Source of the DNA: Bacteroidota bacterium
Lineage (GTDB): Bacteria > Bacteroidota > Bacteroidia > Palsa-948
Assembly: GCA_016213405.1 (NCBI GenBank)
Contig: JACRAM010000057.1
Span: 27,773 to 91,772 of the forward strand
DNA: 64,000 nucleotides
Direction of reading: 5' to 3'
The notes under the pieces are model-generated. The model was given only the letters and a program-made list of their open reading frames with translations. It searched no databases and was not told where the DNA came from. Made by a program: the position numbers and the translations under genes. Below, one piece after another: positions 56,760 through 64,000 of the stretch. The stretch's first letter is position 1; every line of letters begins with the position of its first letter.

Positions 56760-59297
56760 ATGAAAAAACCCTTTTTTGTTGTTGCATTCGTTATTTGTCA
56801 TTCGTTATTCGCCATTCATTCCTACGCACAATCTAAGACTCGCTCATATATAAATGATCCCCTTCTCGCTCCGCGCGAACACATGGTGGATTTTCAGCAT
56901 CTGAAGTTGGAAGTTTCCTTTGAGCCGACAAAAAATCTGGTAAAAGGAAAAGTTACGCATACATTTATTCCTCTCCTGCAAAAAACCGATTCTATTGTTC
57001 TTGACGGAATCAACATGAATATAAAAGAAGTTTCGCTTAACGGAAAACCGGCAAAATTTCGTTCTGATAGTGAAACTGTTGTCATCTACACACCTTCTCT
57101 TGCGTGGGAACAAAAAGATTCCATGACAATTACTTACGAATGCACTCCGCGCCAAGGACTTTATTTCATCGGATGGAATGACAAAACCGGAATTTGCCGC
57201 AGACAAATCTGGTCGCAGGGACAAGGCATTGAAAACCGCAACTGGATTCCGATGTACGATGAGATGAACGATAAAATCATAACTGAAATGTTTGTTATTT
57301 TCGACACAGCGTACAAAGTTCTGTCTAACGGAAAAATGATCGACAAAAAAACAAACAAGAACGGAACCTACACATGGCATTATAAAATGTCTCACCCCCA
57401 CGCTTCTTACCTCATCATGCTTGGAATTGGAAAATATGAAATTGACAAACGATTTTCAAAATCGGGTGTGCCCGTCAATCTTTATTACTATCCCGAATGG
57501 AAAGACAGAGTTCAGAACACTTACCGATGGAGCGAAAACATGATTGATTTTTATGAAAAAGAAATTGGGGTTCCATATCAATGGGAATCGTATTCGCAAA
57601 TTCCTGTTCAGGACTTCATGTATGGTGCAATGGAAAATACTACAGCTACTGTGTTCGGAGATTTTTTCTTCTGTGATGAGCGCGGGAGCATGGAGCGGGA
57701 TTATGTTTCAGTGAACGCGCACGAACTCGCTCATCAGTGGTTCGGAGATTTTATCACCGCCCGAAGCGATGCGCATCACTGGCTACAGGAAAGTTTTGCC
57801 ACCTATTACAACTGGCTTTTTGAACGAGAAGTGTTTGGCAAAAATCATTACGACTGGGGAAGAAGAATTGCTCAAAATAATTCCATAGAAGAATCAAAAA
57901 AAAATTCTTATCCCATCGCGCACAGCGAAGCAGGAACGGTACGCCATTATCCCAAAGGAGCATTCGTGTTAAGTATGTTAAAAAATATTCTCGGCGGGAG
58001 AGAAGTTTACAACAAATGCATCAAACATTATCTTGAAACTCATCCATACACCAATGTAGATTCTGAAGATTTTCTCATCGCCTGCGAAGAAGTTACGGGT
58101 ATTCAGTTGGATTGGTTCTGGGAAGAATGGATTTACAAAGGAGGAGAGCCGAACTACAAAGTTTCTTTTCGTGACATAACGGAGAATGCCGGAGAAAAAA
58201 ATTCTTCGCACTATTCAGAATTTTTAGTTCAGCAGGTGCAAGAGCAATCAGAAGTAACCGGGCTTCCGCAGTCAGGAGGAAATAAAACTAACGCGGTGAA
58301 TACTGACCCGTTTGTTCAGGAGACAGATAATCATTTCCCTTCTCCAGCAGGTCTTTGGAAAATGCCGATATGGTTTGAAGTTCATTATACCGATGGAACC
58401 GTTGAGAAAAAACAGGTATGGATTGAAAAGCAAACTGAAATTGTTCACCTGCCGATTCCAGCAGGAAAAAAAATTGACTTCGCTTTGTTTGACCCCGATA
58501 ACGAAGTGCTGAAATCCGTTTCGTTCAATAAAAGTTTTGATATGCTGAAATCACAAGCTATGAAATCCGTCAGCCTGCTGGACAGATATGACGCACTCGT
58601 TGCAATGGAGGATATTGACATTGAGCGCAAGCGTGATTTTCTGGTTGCGTATTATAAAACAGAGGACAAAGCAAACTTCCATGCGCTGAAAGCAGAAATC
58701 GTAAAACAGCTTTCTCACGATAACAATAAGCAGTCGGAAGAAATTATAAAACTTGCTTTGGAGGACACAGATGCCCCTGTGCGAAAATCAGTGCTCGATA
58801 ATTTCAAACTTCTTCCCGAAGAATTATTGCCCAGTGTAGAAAAATTATTGAAAGACCCTTCGTACGATATTATTGCAACCGTTCTTGAAAATCTTTCGTT
58901 CGCAAATCCTGATAAAATCGGTTTCTATCTTGAGCAGACAAAAGACGTGGAAGGAATGCCCGGAAGAAACGTGAAAATAAAATGGCTGGAGATTTCTTCT
59001 CTGATAAATCCAAAATATGTTGACCAGCTCGTGAGTTTGTGCAGCGATGCGTATGAATTCCGCACGCGTACAAACGCGATGAACTCGCTTAAGAAATTAA
59101 ACTACCTTGATGAAATTGAAATAGAATATTTGACAAACGCAATGCTCAGCTCTAACACCCGCCTGAGCGGACCGGCCTCTGATGCACTCTCATTTTTTTA
59201 TCTGCAATCTGCGTATAAGCGGATCATCATTAATTACGTTGAATCAAAAGAATGGAAACCATGGGAAAATAAAATCATCAAACAAGTTGTTAAGTAA
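56760..59297 (+). CDS. M1-family aminopeptidase with C-terminal HEAT-like repeats
   Basis: GAMEN, HELAHQW...WLQESFA, YPKG; signal peptide. Confidence 0.9.
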   Translation: MKKPFFVVAFVICHSLFAIHSYAQSKTRSYINDPLLAPREHMVDFQHLKLEVSFEPTKNLVKGKVTHTFIPLLQKTDSIVLDGINMNIKEVSLNGKPAKFRSDSETVVIYTPSLAWEQKDSMTITYECTPRQGLYFIGWNDKTGICRRQIWSQGQGIENRNWIPMYDEMNDKIITEMFVIFDTAYKVLSNGKMIDKKTNKNGTYTWHYKMSHPHASYLIMLGIGKYEIDKRFSKSGVPVNLYYYPEWKDRVQNTYRWSENMIDFYEKEIGVPYQWESYSQIPVQDFMYGAMENTTATVFGDFFFCDERGSMERDYVSVNAHELAHQWFGDFITARSDAHHWLQESFATYYNWLFEREVFGKNHYDWGRRIAQNNSIEESKKNSYPIAHSEAGTVRHYPKGAFVLSMLKNILGGREVYNKCIKHYLETHPYTNVDSEDFLIACEEVTGIQLDWFWEEWIYKGGEPNYKVSFRDITENAGEKNSSHYSEFLVQQVQEQSEVTGLPQSGGNKTNAVNTDPFVQETDNHFPSPAGLWKMPIWFEVHYTDGTVEKKQVWIEKQTEIVHLPIPAGKKIDFALFDPDNEVLKSVSFNKSFDMLKSQAMKSVSLLDRYDALVAMEDIDIERKRDFLVAYYKTEDKANFHALKAEIVKQLSHDNNKQSEEIIKLALEDTDAPVRKSVLDNFKLLPEELLPSVEKLLKDPSYDIIATVLENLSFANPDKIGFYLEQTKDVEGMPGRNVKIKWLEISSLINPKYVDQLVSLCSDAYEFRTRTNAMNSLKKLNYLDEIEIEYLTNAMLSSNTRLSGPASDALSFFYLQSAYKRIIINYVESKEWKPWENKIIKQVVK

Positions 59298-59399
59298 TGA
59301 AAATTATTTTTGCCTTGCCTCCAACTCTCGAGAAACCTCCTGTCGATGTGAAAGAAAATAAATTGAGAAATATAAAAAGTAAGATTACGTTTTAGAGAA

Positions 59400-61466
59400 A
59401 TGAATTTTGTTTATCCCCAGTTTTTGTTCGCGCTGTTTGCAGTTTCCATTCCCATTATCATTCATCTTTTCAATTTTCGCAGATTCAAGAAAGTTTATTT
59501 TTCTGACATACGTTTTCTTAAGGAAGTAAAACAACAAACGCAGAACAGGAATCGTATTAAACATATTCTTATTTTGATTTCACGGATATTTGCTGTTTCA
59601 TTTCTGGTGTTTGCTTTTGCCCAACCTTATATTCCATCCGATAAAAAAAATGCAGTGGCAGGAATTCAGGCGGTGAGCGTATATGTGGATAATTCCTTCA
59701 GCATGGAAAATATCAGCAAGAACGGAATGCTCTTTGACGAAGCAAAAAAAATAGCTCATGAGATCGCCCAAACACACTCGCAGACAGATTTGTTTCAACT
59801 CCTCACTAACGATTTTGAAGGCAAACATCAGCGATTAGTCAGCCGTGAAGAATTTTTCACCCTGCTGGACGAAGTAAAAGTAAGTCCTGCCGTGAAAACT
59901 GTTTCTGAAATTTCAGCTAGACAAACTGACGTTCTAAGCAAAACAGAAGAAAAAAATAAAAAAGCATTCATTGTTTCTGATTTTCAAAAATCTATTTCTG
60001 ATTTTGAAAATGTGAAGAACGATACAAGCATCAAAACAATTCTTCTTCCCGTTCCTTCCAACCAGCAAAGTAATCTCTATATTGATTCCTGCTGGTTTGA
60101 ATCGCCAGTACACCAATTAAACCAAACTGAAAAATTAAATGTCAGAATCAAAAATATTTCTGAAAATAATTCGGAAAACGTTCCCGTAAAACTCTTCCTT
60201 AACAACCAGCAAAAAACTCCTGCTTCCTTCTCCATTGCATCAAACGAAAGCAAAGACATTCAACTTTCTTTCGTGATTAAAGAACATGGCATTCAACAGG
60301 GAAGGATTGAAATCACAGATTATCCGGTGACATATGATGATAAATTTTATTTCTCTTTTAATGTGGCAAAAAATATTTCTATCACCTGCATTTCGGCTGC
60401 TTCTCCCCCTATGGAGAGGGGCAATAGGGAAGACTCTAAGAAATCAATTCAATCATTGTTCGGCAAGGATTCTCTTTTTATTCTGACAAACCAAGACGAA
60501 AATAATATTGACTACGCATCTCTCACTTCACAGCAAGTGATCGTTTTATCCGAACTAAAAAATATTTCGTCAGGACTTGCACAGGAACTCGACCGCTTTG
60601 TACAGAATGGAGGAAGCTTGATCGTGTTTCCTTCCACAGAAACAGATACCGGATCTTACAAATCATTTCTTTCTTCACTCGGAACAAATTTTTATTTACG
60701 ACAAGATACCACCAACACAAAAATCGACTGGGTAAATTTTGAAAATGAAATTTTTGCAGATGTATTCGAGAAAAGGGGAGAGAATTTAGATTTGCCCGTT
60801 TTACAATCTCATTACACGCAGTCACACTCCAATCATACCAGCGAAGAAGTTCTTCTGAAAATGAGAAACGGAAATCCTTTCTTTTCAAAATACACTTTCA
60901 AAAAAGGAAAAGTTTATCTGAGTGCTGTCCCGTTGAACTCCGACTGGAGTAATTTCGCCAAGCACGCAATCTTTGTTCCATTGATGTATAAGATTGCGAT
61001 AAACAGTCAGCCCTCTTCAGAATTGTTTTATACTGTTGGCGAAGACAACTCCATTCCCGTTACTCCCAAACTCACAGGAGAAAGTGTTTTCAAAATAAAA
61101 GGTGAAAATAATTTTGAAATAATTCCGGAAAACAGGATCGTTGACCTGCAGCCTACCATTTTCGTGCATGACCAGATAAAAAATGCAGGCAACTATAATC
61201 TCTTTGCAGGAGTAGAAAACATTTCAGGAATTTCTTTCAACTACAACAGAAAAGAATCAGACCTCAGCCGGTATTCTCCTGATGAACTTATTTCACTCTA
61301 TGAAAAATCAAATCTCAAAAACTTTTCTCTCATTGATGCGGGAGAGAACGACATCAGCAAAGTGTTGGCAGACATCAGGCAAGGCAAAAAGCTTTGGAAG
61401 TGGTGTATTCTTCTCGTTCTCATTTTCCTAGCGACAGAAACTGCTCTTCTCAGGTTGTGGAAATAA
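59400..61466 (+). CDS. BatA-domain/vWA double-TM membrane protein
   Basis: PIIIHLFNFRR...F.. BatA domain; DNSFSM and SDFQ MIDAS; C-terminal LWKW...E. Confidence 0.85.
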   Translation: MNFVYPQFLFALFAVSIPIIIHLFNFRRFKKVYFSDIRFLKEVKQQTQNRNRIKHILILISRIFAVSFLVFAFAQPYIPSDKKNAVAGIQAVSVYVDNSFSMENISKNGMLFDEAKKIAHEIAQTHSQTDLFQLLTNDFEGKHQRLVSREEFFTLLDEVKVSPAVKTVSEISARQTDVLSKTEEKNKKAFIVSDFQKSISDFENVKNDTSIKTILLPVPSNQQSNLYIDSCWFESPVHQLNQTEKLNVRIKNISENNSENVPVKLFLNNQQKTPASFSIASNESKDIQLSFVIKEHGIQQGRIEITDYPVTYDDKFYFSFNVAKNISITCISAASPPMERGNREDSKKSIQSLFGKDSLFILTNQDENNIDYASLTSQQVIVLSELKNISSGLAQELDRFVQNGGSLIVFPSTETDTGSYKSFLSSLGTNFYLRQDTTNTKIDWVNFENEIFADVFEKRGENLDLPVLQSHYTQSHSNHTSEEVLLKMRNGNPFFSKYTFKKGKVYLSAVPLNSDWSNFAKHAIFVPLMYKIAINSQPSSELFYTVGEDNSIPVTPKLTGESVFKIKGENNFEIIPENRIVDLQPTIFVHDQIKNAGNYNLFAGVENISGISFNYNRKESDLSRYSPDELISLYEKSNLKNFSLIDAGENDISKVLADIRQGKKLWKWCILLVLIFLATETALLRLWK

Positions 61467-61487
61467 ATTCTATCTTTGCCACTTGAA

Positions 61488-62756
61488 ATGCAATTGCTCA
61501 TAAAGTCCGCGAAAGTTGTAGACCCTTCCTCGCCTTACACCGGCAAAACAGTCAGCATTTTTATTGAGAACGGAATCATCAGGCAAATCACAAGTGCCAA
61601 GTTAGAAGTCACAAGCAATACAAAAGTCATTGACATAGATGGTTTGCATGTAGCGCCAGGTTTTTTTGACATGCAGGTGAACTTCCGCGACCCTGGTCAC
61701 GAGTACAAAGAAGATCTGCTTAGCGGTTGCGCTTCGGCTTCGGCTGGCGGATTCACGGGTGTTGCGGTGATGCCCGGCACTCACCCTCCCATTGACAATA
61801 AATCGCAGATAGAATATGTAAAGAAAAAATCTGCGGGCAATATTGTGGATGTTTTTCCTGTGGGTGCGATAACGCATAACACTGACGGAAAAGAACTTTC
61901 AGAAATGTTTGACATGCACACGGCTGGCGCAGTTGCTTTCTCGGATGACAAGAAACCGGTTGCTGACGCTGGACTTTTAATGCGCGCCCTTCTCTATGCA
62001 AAAAATTTCAAAGGACTGCTGATGCCTTTCTGCGATGAGAAAACAATTTCTCTGAATGGGCACATGAACGAAGAAAAAATTTCCACTTCTCTTGGGCTGA
62101 AAGGGATTCCTGCACTGGCGGAAGAAGTGATGGTGGCACGGAATCTTTTCCTCTGCGAATACACGAACGGGAAAATTCACTTTCCTTCCGTCTCCACAAA
62201 AAAATCTGTTGAACTTATCCGCGAAGCGAAGAAAAAAGGACTGAAAGTAACTGCTTCCGTTAATGCATACAATATAGCACTGGATGATTCTGCACTGAAA
62301 GATTTTGATACGAACTGCAAAGTAAATCCTCCGCTCCGCACAAAAGAAGATATGGGCGCCCTGAAAAAATGTTTAGCGGATGGAACAATCGATGCGATTA
62401 CTTCCGATCACTCGCCAGAGGATGTAGAAAATAAAAATGTGGAGTTTGATTACGCTTCGTTCGGAATGATTGGGCTGGAAACCTGTTTCACGCTGGCGAA
62501 TACCTACAGCAATCTCAGACTTATAGACCTCATTAAAAAATTCTCTGTCGCCCCGCGGCAGATACTTGGCTTGCCTGTTCCGAAAATAAAAGTGAAAGAA
62601 AAAGCCAACCTCACGCTCTTCCTTCCAAACAAAGAATGGAAGCTCGATGAGACATCTATTCGCTCCAAATCCAAAAACACGCCTTTCATCGGCAAGAAAC
62701 TGAAAGGGAAAATTGTGGGTGTTGTCAATAACGGGAAGTTAGAAACATCCCTTTAA
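61488..62756 (+). CDS. Dihydroorotase-like protein, probably catalytically inactive (PyrC'-type)
   Basis: PG.E.KED, GGFT, KVNPPLR, SDHSP, SKSKNTPF retained; metal-ligand His residues replaced. Confidence 0.85.
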   Translation: MQLLIKSAKVVDPSSPYTGKTVSIFIENGIIRQITSAKLEVTSNTKVIDIDGLHVAPGFFDMQVNFRDPGHEYKEDLLSGCASASAGGFTGVAVMPGTHPPIDNKSQIEYVKKKSAGNIVDVFPVGAITHNTDGKELSEMFDMHTAGAVAFSDDKKPVADAGLLMRALLYAKNFKGLLMPFCDEKTISLNGHMNEEKISTSLGLKGIPALAEEVMVARNLFLCEYTNGKIHFPSVSTKKSVELIREAKKKGLKVTASVNAYNIALDDSALKDFDTNCKVNPPLRTKEDMGALKKCLADGTIDAITSDHSPEDVENKNVEFDYASFGMIGLETCFTLANTYSNLRLIDLIKKFSVAPRQILGLPVPKIKVKEKANLTLFLPNKEWKLDETSIRSKSKNTPFIGKKLKGKIVGVVNNGKLETSL

Positions 62757-62800
62757 GGTTATACCTCTTTTTGTATATTCGTATCCCTTCATTTAAGCAG

Positions 62801-64000
62801 ATGGAAAACTTCATTGTATCAGCACGAAAGTATCGTCCTCAGACGTTTGACACCGTTGTCGGGCAGGCGCATATTACGAGCACTTTAATAAATGCTATTA
62901 AAACAAACCACGTTTCCCAGGCGTATTTGTTCTGCGGTCCACGCGGAGTAGGAAAAACTACCTGCGCGCGAATTCTGGCGAAGACAATCAACTGCTTTAA
63001 CCGAACAACAAATATTGAAGCGTGCGATGAATGTGATTCATGCAAATCATTTAATACAGGTAACTCATTAAATATTTTTGAACTTGATGCAGCATCAAAT
63101 AATTCGGTGGAAGATATCCGCAATCTGATTAATCAGGTGAGTTTTGCCCCACAAATCGGAACTCACAAAGTATATATTATTGATGAGGTTCATATGCTTT
63201 CGTCAAATGCGTTCAATGCTTTTCTGAAAACGCTGGAAGAGCCGCCAAAACACGCAATTTTCATTCTGGCGACTACGGAAAAACATAAAATTATTCCTAC
63301 GATACTTTCCCGATGCCAGATCTTTGATTTCAACCGGATAAAGATTGATGATATTGTCGGACATCTTTCAACTATTTCAAAAAAAGAAAAAGTAAAATCC
63401 GAAGAAGAAGCGCTGCACACCATCGCCCAAAAAGTAGATGGGTCCATGCGCGATGCACTGAGTATTTTCGACCAGATGGTTTCGCTGTCGGGAGATGTGA
63501 TTACGTATAAATCGGTCATCGACAATCTCAGCATTCTGGATTATGATTATTATTTCAAGGTGACGGATGCATTGCTGGAAAAAAATACTTCTTCATCGCT
63601 TCTCATCTTCAACGAAATACTGAACAAAGGTTTTGACGGACATCATTTCATCAACGGATTAGCAGAGCATTTGAGAAATCTCTTGGTATGCCGAGATGAA
63701 ATTACGCTACAACTTTTAGAAGTAAGTACGAGCATTCGCGGACTCTACAAAACGCAGAGCAAAAAAACAGAACCTGATTTTCTCCTTCGTTGCCTGAGCA
63801 TTCTCAACAAAGCGGATGTGCAGTACAAAGCCAGCCGAAACCAGCGCTTGTTGGTGGAACTTACACTTCTTCAGTTGTGTTCGCTACAAGGCGCTGAAAA
63901 AAAAAATGATATACTGAGCCCCACCCCTGCCCTCCCCGTTAGGGAGGGAGAAAATAAAACCATTTCTTCAAAAATAGTTTCGGAAGTAAAAGAAGAGCAA
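62801..64000 (+). CDS. dnaX: DNA polymerase III subunit gamma/tau (3'-truncated by window; not in the ORF track)
   Basis: Hand translation MENFIVSARKYRPQTF..., GPRGVGKTT, ELDAASN, IDEVHML, LKTLEEPP, SRC; frame open to 64000. Confidence 0.95.
   Translation, partial: MENFIVSARKYRPQTFDTVVGQAHITSTLINAIKTNHVSQAYLFCGPRGVGKTTCARILAKTINCFNRTTNIEACDECDSCKSFNTGNSLNIFELDAASNNSVEDIRNLINQVSFAPQIGTHKVYIIDEVHMLSSNAFNAFLKTLEEPPKHAIFILATTEKHKIIPTILSRCQIFDFNRIKIDDIVGHLSTISKKEKVKSEEEALHTIAQKVDGSMRDALSIFDQMVSLSGDVITYKSVIDNLSILDYDYYFKVTDALLEKNTSSSLLIFNEILNKGFDGHHFINGLAEHLRNLLVCRDEITLQLLEVSTSIRGLYKTQSKKTEPDFLLRCLSILNKADVQYKASRNQRLLVELTLLQLCSLQGAEKKNDILSPTPALPVREGENKTISSKIVSEVKEEQ

Noticed and set aside
58240..58350. 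Low-complexity loop in the M1 peptidase as another repeat insertion
   Set aside because: No hairpin or heptamer structure and no match to the other families at DNA level.
62839..63534. Two minus-strand ORFs in the track
   Set aside because: Antisense shadows of dnaX, which the track missed because it runs off the window.

Overview
64 kb of a Bacteroidota chromosome (T9SS C-terminal sorting domains, gldF-gldG-dnaN, TAnnTTTG-type -7 promoter boxes, no Shine-Dalgarno signals). Most of it is housekeeping: trmH, speB-like, fmt, rlmI, mpg, recQ, ftcD, hutI, aroC, acpH, gldFG, dnaN, efp, lysC, lysA, msrA, M1 peptidase, pyrC-like and dnaX (cut by the window end). There is also a 2022-aa T9SS cargo protein and an accessory block (8.5-18.7 kb) of envelope and lipid-modification genes. 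Four things stand out. (1) A cassette of an XRE regulator, an indel-free array of seven 42-bp palindrome-containing repeats and a signal-less helical/CarboxypepD_reg-like protein, sitting inside a locus with two paralogous, identically spaced operator regions. (2) At least five families of short hairpin or heptamer repeats occur both between genes and in frame inside conserved proteins (LysC, LysA, AroC, DnaX, a TonB receptor, bS31 and others) and in signal peptides; two candidate mobilisers, a repeat-flanked Y1 TnpA and a repeat-flanked GIY-YIG gene, lie in the same window. (3) dnaX has an A10 slippery run with stops close by in both shifted frames. (4) Variant housekeeping proteins: EF-P with Asn at the loop tip, a His-less PyrC', a bS31/THX with a histone-like tail, and an unannotated 48-aa lipoprotein. 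No rRNA, tRNA or CRISPR array was seen. All family assignments are by eye from motifs; no database search was run.
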